This document shows, in pieces, positions 39,922 to 51,310 of a stretch of DNA of 64,000 nucleotides (position 1 is its first letter; each line of letters begins with the position of its first letter). A program made the translations under genes and the position numbers. The DNA comes from Vicugna vicugna (lineage: Eukaryota). Under the pieces are notes generated by a model. It was given only the letters and a program-made list of their open reading frames with translations. It was not told the DNA's origin and did not search any database. Where the stretch lies: positions 62,001-126,000 of the forward strand of contig MU058289.1 of the NCBI GenBank assembly GCA_013265495.1, read 5' to 3'.

Positions 39922-40944
39922 AGTGGCTGCACCAGTTTGCATTTTTACCAGCAGTGTATGAGAGTTACAGTTGACAGGGTTGAGACAGCTCAACTCTGAC
40001 TGTACACAAGAATCATTTAGAATTAGATAGATATGAATATAGATATATCATTTTTTCTTAACCATTTTAGGGGAAGTTACAGGATAGGATACCCTTTTTA
40101 CTCCCAAATACTTCAGCATGTATTTCCTAAAAACAAGGACATTGTTACAAAACCACTGTGCAATCATCAAAACCAAGAAATTAACACTGTTGACTGTTAC
40201 TGTCTAATCTACAGATTTTTAAATTTGCCCGTTGTACCACAAACCAAAAGAAGAAAACTTTTAAATGATTTTTTTCTAACCCAAGATTCAATCCATAAAT
40301 TTTGGGTTGTTAGGTTTTTCCTTTTAAAGTCCTTATCTGTTAGAGATATATATTTAAATATGATTTACGATGTTGGAATTTGCTTTAAAATACACCAATT
40401 AAGAAAAAGAGCTGAGTAGGGGAGATACATGAAAAACACGATAAGGATGACAATCACTGAAGGAGGTGATGGGTCCAAGACGGAGGTCCATGATACCTTT
40501 CTGCTTTTCTCTCAAGTTTTTAACTAAACATAAAAATACTTGATATATGAAACTTATCGTGGTAGAAATAATGGCTTTTTTTCCCTGCAAAGTAACTGTT
40601 AGCTCGGTCATACTCTCACATGAGCTCATTTAATGCTTTCAACAAAACTGAGGAAGATCCTGCCTTAGTCCCATTACAGACAGGAAACTTAAGGCTCAGA
40701 GATGCAATCACCCAATCTATGTGGACAGAACAAGGAGTTCGAACCCCAGTTTATCTGAGCCGTCACTCGCTCTCCAAAACCAACTGGGTAGGGAGAGACC
40801 CGAAGGGCCTGACTGAGGAATTGCACTTACCCCAGGCAGATGCCTCTTCGGAAACAACTCGAAAATTTGTTCTCTGGGACCGCTTGCCTCTCCACTTGGA
40901 CCAATAGAATTCCAAGGCGAGTTAACAGATGGGTGCTCTAACCA

Positions 40945-41300
40945 TTTGGCGCGGGGGCGCGGGGGCGCGGGGAAGGGGTTGCAGCGTCGTCTCCGCCGGC
41001 CTATTGGACGAACCCGAGCGCGCCGCCGGGACAGCGCAGCCGTGAGGCCCGCCGAGGGCGTGGCCTGGGATTCCCCGGGAGGGGAGGGCGCCGTCTGTCC
41101 TTGGGCGGAGAGGGGAGGTGACTCCGGCCGAAGAGGAGGACTCAGGATGAGGGCCCTGCGGGTGAGGGCCCCCACGGGTCGAGCTGGGGCCCCCAACCCG
41201 GAAGCCCTCTCCCCTATACCAGACTCCCCAAACATCCTGGGATCTTCAAGGCTCGGGACTCGGTCCTGAAAAGCCTGGGAACCCTCCTCCCGGCTCCCAG
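40945..41300 (+). promoter_or_regulatory. COX7A1 CpG-island promoter/exon 1 region
   Basis: High CpG density, (GCGCGGGG)x3, ATTGG at ~41003 and a GGGCGG box directly upstream of the COX7A1 ATG. Confidence 0.8.
41147..41161 (+). CDS. COX7A1: COX7A1 exon 1 coding part (MRALR)
   Basis: ATG at 41147, donor GTGAGG at 41162. Confidence 0.9.
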
Positions 41301-41669
41301 TCCAAGAGTTTGAGACAGCCGGGGACCGTTAACTTGGCCCAAAGCCTTGGATTTGAACTTATTCCCCTCATTCAGGGGTCCCTGAACACCTTGGGATCTA
41401 GGCACTGGGAACTTAACACCTCTTCCCCTCCGGACTTTTTAGACAGCCGGGAAACCCCCTAGGTACCCCCTATCAAGTTCCGACGTTCCCAGGTTCTGAG
41501 TTCCCCAACTCGTGCTGACTTTTCGGAACCTCGCCTTTGAGACGCTCCCAAGGGACGGGACTATCCCCAAATCAGAGCCTCGGAGAGTCCGATACCCATC
41601 CCTCAGCGGGGCCCCCTACGGGACGCCCCTCCAAGTGCCTCCCAATACCCATTCACCCCCTCCCCACAG

Positions 41670-41756
41670 GTCTCCCAGGCACTGGTACGCTCCTTTAGCT
41701 CAACCGCCCGGAAACGCTTTGAGAACCGAGTGCCTGAGAAACAGAAACTCTTCCAG
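41670..41756 (+). CDS. COX7A1: COX7A1 exon 2 (VSQALVRSFSSTARKRFENRVPEKQKLFQ)
   Basis: 87 nt, flanked by cacAG and GTAGGC; COX7A presequence and mature N-terminus. Confidence 0.95.
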
Positions 41757-41881
41757 GTAGGCGGGGCGAGGGGAAGACCCCCGGCCAATGGCTGGCACCT
41801 GAAGAGAAGTTGGGGGTGGCGGGAGCTTTTCATCTACGGAGCAGGTGGTGCCCCTTTCTCATCGTATGCTCCAACATCCAG

Positions 41882-41966
41882 GAGGACAATGATCTCCCCG
41901 TGCACTTGAAGGGCGGTGCGACCGACAACATCCTGTACCGAGTGACCATGACCCTATGTCTGGGGG
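41882..41966 (+). CDS. COX7A1: COX7A1 exon 3 (EDNDLPVHLKGGATDNILYRVTMTLCLG)
   Basis: 85 nt, flanked by ccAG and GTGAGT; HLKGG motif of COX7A. Confidence 0.95.
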
Positions 41967-42357
41967 GTGAGTACAATGCAGGGCTCAGGCCGGAACTGCA
42001 GGAGGAGAGGGGCTCCAGCTGGAGTGAAGGGGCTGGTTCCAGGGCTGGGGTTTTCGGAGGGGACTGGGTCCTGAGCTTGCCAGGTGTGGGATGGTAGGGG
42101 ATTCCGGGCTGGCATAAAGGGAAGGAGCACCCTGGGGCTTGGGCTTCTGTCCCAGGAGGGGGCCTGGGCTAGTGATGGGTCTGGGGAGAAAGCCTGAGGC
42201 CTAGTCTGGATAAGGGTCCAAGATTTCCCACTGGAGACTCAAGGGGGTCTGGGATCCAGGCTGGTGACTGGGGAGTCTGCAGAGGGGCTCAGAAGCCTGA
42301 GATGGGGTTCAAGGAGGGGATCAGATTCATCGTATATTCCCCACACTCCTTCCCTAG

Positions 42358-42413
42358 GCACTCTCTACAGCCTGTACTGTCTTGGCTGGGCCTCCTTCCC
42401 TCACAAGAAGTGA
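42358..42413 (+). CDS. COX7A1: COX7A1 exon 4 (GTLYSLYCLGWASFPHKK*)
   Basis: cctAG acceptor, TGA at 42411-42413; total CDS 243 nt = 80 aa. Confidence 0.95.
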
Positions 42414-42443
42414 GACCAAGTCTGCAAGACCTGAACAAGCATC

Positions 42444-42449
42444 AATAAA
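42444..42449 (+). terminator. COX7A1 polyadenylation signal AATAAA
   Basis: 30 nt after the stop codon, followed by a GT-rich tract at ~42490. Confidence 0.8.
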
Positions 42450-43152
42450 TGTGCTGGCTTCTTGGGGAACCCAGCCCAGTTCTGGCCTCTGTGTGTGTGT
42501 CCCCCCACAGCCCCTCTTCCCACCAGCAAGTGACCTCTGTCCTGTGGACAGCCCATTACCCCAGCCCTGAGTCCCTCATGCTAGACCAGGGCTATTCCTA
42601 GGATGTTGCTGCTCTCAGCCCTCCCAGAGGGGCTGGGAGCCCCAAACAACATACCTCTGGGCTGCCCTTCAGGGCCTGGGGACCTGGAGTGGGACTGTGT
42701 ATCCTGGGATGGCAGCCCCTCCCCCTGCAGAGGCCCGAGGGTGTGAAGGAAGATGCTAAGCATGGTTCATGACACCACAGAGGTAGAGGCAATGGAGGGC
42801 AGACTCACTCCAGCACCAAAGCTGAGAGGGACAAACATGGCCTTGGGGGACAGAGCCAGGAGTGGCACTGAAACCTCCCAGCAGTCCAGCTATTGCAGCA
42901 GAAGCAGAGATGGCCCAGGCTTGCAGGTCCTGGTCTTGGTCTTCACAGGACCTGTGAGAGATCTCAGCAAGAATGAGACTACAGCTTAACTGGGATCCAG
43001 AATGAGGAAAAAAACCAGGACTAGGAGACCTGCAGAGACAAACCCACCTCACTCCCCAGATCTAGAATCCCTCTGCCCCAGACAGAGCCAGAGTCACCCC
43101 CCAACTCTCAGAACAGGAGGCAGACCTCAGAGAGAACAGCAACTGGGGTGCG

Positions 43153-43158
43153 TTTATT
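43153..43158 (-). terminator. CAPNS1 polyadenylation signal AATAAA (minus strand)
   Basis: tttatt on the + strand, ~450 nt downstream of the CAPNS1 stop; convergent with the COX7A1 3' end. Confidence 0.75.
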
Positions 43159-43605
43159 TCCTCCTGGGCCTGGCAGGCTGGGAGCAGAATACAGACAAAG
43201 GCACTGGGGCATGTGGGCCTGTTAATGGCCTGGAGTTCTGCTGCCTAGGTGGTAACTGGGCATAGAGACTGGAGTGATACTCTCAGAACTGAGAGAAGGG
43301 CCCTTGGGGTGTGGAAGCAACACAAGTACTAGGCTTGGCACAGGTGCAAGAGAGGGGTTACGGAGTGGGTGTGAGATGGGTGTGCCAGGGCTGGGGTAAC
43401 CCTTGGGGCAGGGCATGTTGGGGCACGTTGGGCTCTGGCTTTTGACTGAGAGCCGGGTACTGAGGGCTGGGAGAACGGAAAGGCCTGTGGGTCAGCAGGA
43501 CCCGAGAAGATGTGATTGCAGACAGGATCAGCCCTGGGAGAGACTGAAGAGTCCAAGCTGACTCCTACAGCGAGGCGATGAGGGGGGCAGGTCTGGAGCT
43601 CCCCT

Positions 43606-43632
43606 TCAGGAATACATGGTCAGCTGCAGCCA
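43606..43632 (-). CDS. CAPNS1: CAPNS1 last coding exon (WLQLTMYS*)
   Basis: Reverse complement reads TGG CTG CAG CTG ACC ATG TAT TCC TGA, with an AG acceptor. Confidence 0.95.
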   Translation of the reverse strand, partial: WLQLTMYS

Positions 43633-43816
43633 CTGGGGAGAGGAAGGCACCGAGAGTGAGGAGCAGGGCACCTAGGAATACCAGCAGCCCTTCTCTGTTC
43701 TCACCCAGGGCCTGCTGGGAAAACAGGAGGGAGGGAGCCCCAGCCCAGAGCTGGCACATGGGACTGAGGGGAGGGTCCCCTGGTGGGCCCCCACATCCCA
43801 GGATGGGGGTTCTTAC

Positions 43817-43875
43817 CTCCTGGATGTTCACCTGGATTTGTCCAGTACCATCTTTGTCAAGAGATTTGAAGGCAC
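43817..43875 (-). CDS. CAPNS1: CAPNS1 exon 10 (RAFKSLDKDGTGQIQVNIQE)
   Basis: 59 nt, AG/GTAAG boundaries, EF-hand. Confidence 0.95.
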
Positions 43876-45552
43876 CTGGAGAAATGAAGAGTTGAGGGGA
43901 TTAGCTTTTAGGATAAAAATATACTAACATACAGGATAATGATAATAATGGCTAGTACTCTGTGCCAAGCACATAAAGTGCCTCCCATATATTAACTCAT
44001 TTAATCCAGTTCTGTGAGAGTGTCATTTTTAAAAAGGCACAGAGAAGTGAAGTGATGGGCCCCATGTCATCCAGCGAGAAAGAGGAAAGGGATTGGAACC
44101 CGGCTGTTACCCACCTCAGTGATGGCCTCCTTAGGCTGACCTGCACACCCCTCCCTCTTCACCCTCTGCCTGAGCCTGGAGTGCCAGCCTCCCATCACGC
44201 TCTAAGCTCCACACCCTCCAGTTCCAGCCTAAGCAAGCTACTGGAAGCAGGCTCTGCACTTCCCGCTCCTAACAGTCTGGTGTGGTCCCTGCTCCTGTCC
44301 TGAAACTCGGCTCCATGTTCCCCACTCACAGCCAAACCTAGGCAAAGGGTGCCCACACTGTCCTGCTGCTTCTCTCTCACCCGCTGCTCAGTTACCACTC
44401 TCAAGTGTCCACACGCGTGATGTCCCGGACGCTGCACTCACTAGTTACTCCTGGCCCCCCAGCTGGTAAGTCTGAGGCAATTTCTTGGGCTGAGAAGAAT
44501 AGATGACTCATACATGACTTGTGGCATCAACTGCCCTATTGTCCACTTCCATCTTCCCTTTGTGTCCCTGACATACCTGCCCCTTTTCCTTTACCCAAGC
44601 TCCTCATGCATTGTCCTCCCTGGGCTCTTGGGAAGCCAGGAGATCTTCCTAAAGCTCAACCTGAGACCCTATCCTCCCCCTGCCTAGAACTTGCTGTGGC
44701 TCTCCATTGACCCCAGCAGTGTCAGAGCACCCCTGAACTCGGCATTCACAGCCAGGCATGGCCTGAGCATGCCCACTGCTCCTGCCTCCCTTCACTCAAC
44801 TCTCTCAGGCAAATCTGAGTTCAAATTCTAGCTCTGCAACTTCCTAGCTGAGTGGCTGTGAGCAAGGAATTTTAAGAAATGTTGCCTCCTTGAACCCCAG
44901 GTTCCTCCTCCAGAAAATGGGGACGATAATTCCCACTCCTCAAGGCAGTCTTAAGGATTCAGTGGATTAATGTTACAAGGACCCTCGTGATCCAGCCCCT
45001 ACCGGCCTTGTGTCTCCCCATCACCTCTTTCCTTTTCAGCACTCTGAACTGAGTCCAACAAGAAACACCCAAAGCACCATCTTCTCTTTCCTTTCTAGGC
45101 CTTCACATAGGCTGTTCCCACTGCAACACTCATCCCCACCCTCTTGCTGGGGTCACTCCTCATCGTTTGGTCTCAACGCACATGTGCCCTGCCCTCCCCT
45201 CTCCAGGAAGCCCCCCTTGACCCCATAAGTTGCACCAGGTGCCTTGTTAAGTTTGAATAGCTGTCAGAGCTCCCCTAGTCCCAAATCTAAACCCACTCTA
45301 CCCTGAGCTTGCCCTCACAGCCCCCATCACTGTCTAGGCCTCCCCTATCCCAGACGTAACCATTCTGAGCTGCCCTGTCGGGCAATTTGCCTCCTGCTCT
45401 GGACTGTGAGCGACATGAGAGCAGGAACTACAGGTGTTTTAGTCTCTTCTGTGCCCCTGACATTGCCCACCTCAGGGTCAGGCTCAGAGGAGACTTGGCC
45501 GATGGAGGCTGGACAAATCCCCACCCAGGAAGAGAGGTGGGGTGTCACTCAC

Positions 45553-45669
45553 GGAACATGGCATCCAGTCTGACCAGGCAGCTGATGAAATTGTCAAAAT
45601 CCATGTTCCCTGCCTCGTCTGAGTAGCGTCGGATGATCATATTGTAGAGATGCTCATTCAGGTGGAACC
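45553..45669 (-). CDS. CAPNS1: CAPNS1 exon 9 (GFHLNEHLYNMIIRRYSDEAGNMDFDNFISCLVRLDAMF)
   Basis: 117 nt, AG/GTGAG boundaries. Confidence 0.95.
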
Positions 45670-45807
45670 CTGAGAATGTTAGTCTCTCAGGCATGGGGGC
45701 CTCAGGGCCCAACCCACTCCCAGCTCCAGGACTGAAGCTCAGACCAGCTCAGTGGGGGCTGCCTCACCAGTCCCACCCTCAGCCCCCCATGTTCCAACCA
45801 GCCACAC

Positions 45808-45886
45808 CTGCTGCTTCAAAGGCTCCTGGGAGTTCACTGCTGCCAATGGTCCCTGAACGGTCAAAGTCAAACTGTTTGTATACGGA
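45808..45886 (-). CDS. CAPNS1: CAPNS1 exon 8 (SVYKQFDFDRSGTIGSSELPGAFEAA)
   Basis: 79 nt, AG/GT boundaries, EF-hand loop DxDRSGTI. Confidence 0.95.
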
Positions 45887-45987
45887 CTGTGGGGACAGAG
45901 AAGTCAGGGTTCAAGTGAGCATCGTGGGGCATGGCATCTCCATGGCTTGGGGGTCCTCATGCTAGGAGTTTCAGAGGCTGCATATAC

Positions 45988-46056
45988 CTGCCACTTTTTG
46001 ATGTTGTTCCACAAGTACTTGAATTCCTCGAAACCCAGCTTGCCAGTTGTGTCACT
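45988..46056 (-). CDS. CAPNS1: CAPNS1 exon 7 (SDTTGKLGFEEFKYLWNNIKKWQ)
   Basis: 69 nt, AG/GT boundaries. Confidence 0.95.
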
Positions 46057-47858
46057 CTAGCAGGAGGGTGTTAAGAATAACTGTACCCAGATGTGTGCAC
46101 TGTGCACCCTGCATATGTGATGATGATCACAGCCAAGCAGGGGAACCTGGGCTAAAACTTCAGCTCTCATTCCCACCCACACCCCAGTCATGTCACCTGG
46201 GGTGTGGCTTCATTTTTCATTTCACCCGTACCTATTTTAACTTATATTTCTAAAAAATAAGGACTCCCTTTTGAACATAACCACATGGAATTCCTCATTT
46301 ATAAAATTCCTTGATAGTAATTCAGCTTTATAAATGTTAGGACATGTAAAAAACAAGGGTATCAGAACTCCAAGGAAATAAGGTGGTGACTAAATATACC
46401 TGTTGGGCTTGTGATAAAAAGTGAATGATGCAAAAATACATGCACCCCAGTGTGCACAGCAGCACTATTTACAACGGCCAAGACATGGAAACAACCTAAA
46501 TGTCCACTGACAGAAGACTGGATAAAGAAGTTGTGGTGTATTTATGCAATGGAATACTACTCAGCCATAGAAAAAAATAAAATGCCATTTGCAGCAACAG
46601 GGATGGACCTGGAGATTGTCATTCTAAGTGAAGTAAGCCAGAAAGAGAGAGAAAAATACCATATGATATCACTTACACGTGGAATCTAAAAGAAAGACAC
46701 AAATGAACTTATTTACAAAACAGAAACAGACTCACAGACATAGAAAACAAACTTATAGTTACCAGGGGGCAAATGGGGTGGGGAGGGATAAATTGCGAGT
46801 TTGAGATTTGCCAAAAAAAAAAAAAAAGTGAATGAGATATTTGTATAAAGCCCTTAGCAAAGGGGCTGGCATTTGATAAATTCTCAATAAATAGCAATGA
46901 TGGCCAAGTGGCCAAGGCTTATCAAACGACCTAGTACACATCCGACAGTGCTATTTCTCAGGAACATTTGTCTCACTAACTCGAGACACTAGCCCCACCA
47001 GTGTTATTCCCTAGTGACAGAGAAACAGATTCAGAGCTGAAAAATCTACCTGGATGAGATCATGTAACAGCTAGTGTGTACAGACCACTTACTATGTGCT
47101 GTGCACTATGTGAAACCATCTGCAGGTAACTCCAATTTGTTATCACCCTTATGGTTCACCCAATTTTACAGGGAGGCAAATTGAGGCAGAGAGGCTCAGT
47201 AACCTTGCTGAGAGGCAGAGCTGGAATTGTTTAACCCTATGCAACACATGTATGTGATCATGTGACACATACATACATATATATAAATATATAGGTGTGC
47301 AATGCTGTGCTGAGTGTGCATGTATCCAAAATCAGTGAATGACGGGCCCGTGTGTGTTCCCGTGCACATGCCTTCACATATCCTCATGTATGTGGTGTGA
47401 CCTTGTCAACGTGTGTGCACGAGGCAGTTTTAAGCTGAAATTCTCAAGCCCAAAAGACCTGAGTCCAAATTCCTAATCTGCCACATACTTTTTTTTTTAT
47501 TGCGGTATAAATTGATTTACAATGTTATATAAGTTTCAGGAGTACAATATAGTGTTACACAATTTTTAAAGATTATACTCCCACTTACTATGTATAACTT
47601 CAGACAAGTGATTGCCTCTCTCTGAGTCTCTTCGCCTATAAAATGGAGTATAATAATTGTGCCTAACAGGGTGGCTGTGAAGTAAATGTAAGTAAGTCAC
47701 CAGCTGTGGACAGCTGATATTATTATTTATTGCCACATGGCCATGGGTGGGTGTGTGTTTTGATGTATACATGTCCACATCTACACCCTGTCTGCTCGTC
47801 ATGCCCTCAGAAAATCCCTTCTTCGCCAAGGCCTCCCCTAGACCGCCCTCAAGGATAC
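46057..47858 (-). other. U12-type (minor spliceosome) GT-AG intron of CAPNS1
   Basis: 5' splice site GTATCCTT (47858-47851); branch site TTCTTAAC (46077-46070) about a dozen nt before the AG. Confidence 0.85.
46435..46830 (+). mobile_element. Young L1 3' fragment inside the CAPNS1 U12 intron
   Basis: Translates TAALFTTAKTWKQPKCP (L1 ORF2 C-terminus), followed by 3'UTR and an A-tail. Confidence 0.85.
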
Positions 47859-47923
47859 ATCCATCACGGCCACCATGCTGCGACACGTGTCGATGCCAAA
47901 ACCATCAGTCTTCAGATCAGGAT
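47859..47923 (-). CDS. CAPNS1: CAPNS1 exon 6 (HPDLKTDGFGIDTCRSMVAVMD)
   Basis: 65 nt, in phase with neighbouring exons. Confidence 0.95.
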
Positions 47924-48015
47924 CTGTGGGAAACAGGTTGAAAGTCAGAGGCCAGAGATCACAGTGAACGCCATGCCTCTGAACCTGCCCTGTATGTTGA
48001 CCCCTGGTCACTCAC

Positions 48016-48073
48016 GTCGGGTCACGACTTTGTTGAGAATGTTCATGAGTTCTGTGGCACTGACCTCCATGTC
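48016..48073 (-). CDS. CAPNS1: CAPNS1 exon 5 (DMEVSATELMNILNKVVTR)
   Basis: 58 nt, AG/GTGAG boundaries. Confidence 0.95.
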
Positions 48074-48241
48074 CTGGGGGGAGAAGTTAGGGATGGGTCA
48101 GGGGTGACTTGAAAGGGTCTGGGCATGTCATGAAGGAGGATGGGAACTCTGGGATTGCTGTAGTCGGGTGGGTATGTAAAGGGCAGCCCAAGGGAAGGCA
48201 TGGAAGGGTCAGGATGGGTCTGGGGGCCCCATGTTACTTAC

Positions 48242-48331
48242 GTCTCCAGCCAGCTGGGCAAAGAGCCTCCGGAACTGGCGGACCTCCTCGCTCTCATTGG
48301 CTTCGATGTTGGAGTAATGGGTGCGAGGGGG
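48242..48331 (-). CDS. CAPNS1: CAPNS1 exon 4 (PPRTHYSNIEANESEEVRQFRRLFAQLAGD)
   Basis: 90 nt, AG/GTAAG boundaries. Confidence 0.95.
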
Positions 48332-48612
48332 CTGCAGAGGGAGGAGATCTCAGAGCAGGTAGGGGGAGGGGTGCCCTGGCCAGGACAGCCCTAGGTGGGA
48401 AAGTCACAGTGGGCTGGGCGGCTGAGTGACGAAAGAATGAGAGGTGGTCGGTGAATAAGGAGTGGGGTAGAGCTAAGTTTAAGGACATGACGAGAGAGAG
48501 AATTAATGAGGAATTTCATAAGGAGAGGTGTGGGGCTTCTCCAAAGGGATATGAATGGGTGCTGGAAAAGGCCTTGGAGAAGAGGGACCTGTGGTTGCAA
48601 AGGGAGGCTTAC

Positions 48613-48646
48613 CGGGGGCTCAGGGTTGTACTGCGCAGCCGCCTCA
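48613..48646 (-). CDS. CAPNS1: CAPNS1 exon 3 (SEAAAQYNPEPP)
   Basis: 34 nt, AG/GTAAG boundaries; needs phase 2 from exon 2. Confidence 0.95.
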
Positions 48647-49642
48647 CTGAAAGGATCCATGAAGGGAAACATGCGGCAGTTAGCGCCAGGGGGCGGGGCC
48701 TCCAGGCGGCAGCACCAGCCCCCAGGCCCCAACCCCCAACCCCCACCCCGCCACCCTACCTACCTGCTCCCTCCGCCTCATCAGTCCTCGCCTGTCCCTA
48801 CCCTTGCTGCCCTGGTTGCGCCCCCACGCAACCAGGATTCTCTTGCCAGGGCACACCTACCCAATGGCAGACTCACAAGACCTAGTCCCTCCGAGGGCTT
48901 GCTTCATAGAAACTCGGCCCCAACCTTCCCTCTACTCCACCATTCTCAGGTCCCACCTGTCTAGGAACCTACTTCATCTCCATGACTTCTGAACAGTTGT
49001 GTCGTCCTAGCATCCCACCCCAGCTCCAACAGTTCTCACCCCTTCAAAGGATCACACTCTATGCTGTATGCCAGAAATTAACACAACATTGTAAACCGAA
49101 TACTGCAATTAAAAAAAAGATCACATTCAGTGGCCAAGACTAATTAGGCCCTTATGGACCACATGCCCTACCTCCACCTGGACGTTATTCTATTTTAATC
49201 CAGCCGGTTCCCAGCCAGGCTCTGCCCCTTCAAGGTCATTTCCTTACCTCATTAGGCCTAGACCTCGTCTAGGTACACCTCCTCATTAACCCACCTATAT
49301 GGAAAGCCTTGCCCCCATTAAGTGATACTCAGCATCATTAGCTCCGCCCCCTTAACGTTTATCTCAGGTTAGCGGAAGTTAGCCATGCCAGACCCATTAA
49401 GCCCCACCTCCCAAAGCCCCTCCGGGTCCCATCAGATTGTGTACCCTCAACAGTCAGACTAAGTCCATGTCAAGCCCCGCCCCCATGAACTCATTAGGGC
49501 CAGCCGCCTCAAGGCCAGTCTCCTAGCCCAGGCCCGGCCCAGCCTAAATAAGGTTCCTGGTCAGTGTCCAGGTTGCCCCATTCTATTCTTGCTGGACAAG
49601 CCTCCTCCTCCGGGCTTCTCCCCTCATCAGGCCCCGCCTTAC

Positions 49643-49744
49643 CTGATGGCGCTAATGACCCCGCCCAGGAGGAGGATGGCAGTTAGATCGACCTCCCCCG
49701 CCGCCGCCGCCGCCACCCTTCAAGAACGAGTTAACCAGGAACAT
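49643..49744 (-). CDS. CAPNS1: CAPNS1 exon 2 coding part (MFLVNSFLKGGGG...LGGVISAI); apparently internally deleted and frameshifted in this assembly
   Basis: ATG at 49744, acceptor before 49762, donor GTAAGG at 49642. Only 102 nt from ATG to donor; in-frame TAG at 49654-49652. Confidence 0.85.
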
Positions 49745-50519
49745 GGCTGTGATTCCAGATTCCTGTAGGGGGGAAAAAGGGGTCAAGTCCTTGTCCCGTC
49801 CGTCAGCCCGCCCCCTTCTCCACAAAAATACGCATTTCTGGCTGCTGGACGTGGAGGGGAGTAATATGAAGCCTCTAGGAGGAGACCTATCCTCCAGCTG
49901 GGGTTTGAGGATCCTTTCGGAATGGGGTCTGGGCTTCTAGGGGAAGGTTGTTCTCGGGTGGATGGCATAGGGACGGATGATCAGATTTGAAACCTCCTCC
50001 CGGTCCAAAGTGTCAGCGTCTGGCTTGGAGGACCCTGGACTGAATCCACGCATAACCATCATTAAGCACCAGACACCAGCCAAGTCAACTGGAGTTTTAA
50101 AGATGGGGGCCCTACGTTGGCACTCGAATCTGAGATCCAGAGCCTCAGAACTGATTTAGGGGTCTTGGGCGGGTCAGGGGCGAGGATCGGAAATTCTCCT
50201 GGAGGCCCCTGGAGCAGACTTTCAGAAATCCAGAATGTGGGCTTGAGAGTTTAGATACAACGAACAGCGAGATCACAGTGTTATCGTTGGGTCTGTGGGT
50301 TCGGGTCTAAGATTGTGGGTGTGAGCCCTGGGGCCCGAGATAACGGAGTCTCTATTAGAACTGAGAGCACGGATCTAGAATAGTGCTTCTGGAGGCCGCA
50401 CCCAGGGCTGAATTTACAAGACCTCTCAAGTCTATGAGCTGGTACTTTAGATCCTGAGAGAGAAGGTGGAAGAGTCCGGGGCGGGATAACTGAGGCCGGA
50501 CAGGTCTGGGAGTTCGAAT

Positions 50520-51310
50520 CTGAGATCACGGGTCGGGGGGTACCCCTGTGCCCAAGATTTTACGATCTCTTCGGATCTGAAGGCCGCAGGGCCGGGATCA
50601 AGGAGTGCAGGGGGAATCCGGACTGGGCGCTCACCGCCTTGCTCACACGTCCGCCGGTCCGCTGGTATCTGCTGCTCCGGGGCCTCCGGCTGCGTCCGGC
50701 TGCGCAGGGCGGGGCTGATGACTCAGAAGGCCGCAGCAGGGTTAGGCACAGCGGAGTGGCCCAGTCGGCATCCGCGCGGTCCTAGCGCCAACATTGGAAC
50801 TGCGCATGCCGGCCCGCCTTCTGCAGCGGGACGCGGCCGCCGAGGCTCCGCCCAGCGTTTCCGGTGCCGAGCGGTCCAACTCCGCCCTGACTTTATAGAG
50901 CTGAGGTCTTCCCCTGCAACCTCTCCAGTTCAGGTGCAGGCACCCCGAGGTGACCTGGGCAGTCACCGTGCCCAAGGTCACCCCCCTAATGTTGTAGTGT
51001 GAATTTTCTTCCCAAAGCCAGCCTCCACCCGCCCACGGATGTGGTTTTCTGTCCTCTTGGAACTTGTCCCCTGACCTAGCCTTGTCTCGACAAACACCGA
51101 CAAGTCTGGAGGCCCCGAATTTTGTCTGGCCCACAGTCCGAGGACAAGCGCCCGCATATGTGGCGGGGACACTGCAGGCACAGTCCGGGTGGCGTTCCAA
51201 TTCCGCCTCCGAAATCCGCCTCGTGCCTCCTCCATCCGCACCCCTTTACCCCCTAATTCAGGGTCACCAGAATCATTTTCCCTGGATGGGCCCAAACTGT
51301 AGTCCCAATC
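50520..51310 (-). promoter_or_regulatory. CAPNS1 CpG-island promoter and non-coding exon 1 (~50635-50710 or longer)
   Basis: CpG-rich. GTGAG donor at 50634-50630, GC box at ~50707, AP-1 TGACTCA at 50719-50725, NRF1-type TGCGCATGC at 50801-50809, TATAAA-like at 50897-50892. Confidence 0.75.

Noticed and set aside
40717..41269. 172-aa and 107-aa ORFs at the COX7A1 promoter (similarly 50742-51200 and 59961-60467)
   Set aside because: Stop-poor GC-rich CpG-island sequence with low-complexity translations.
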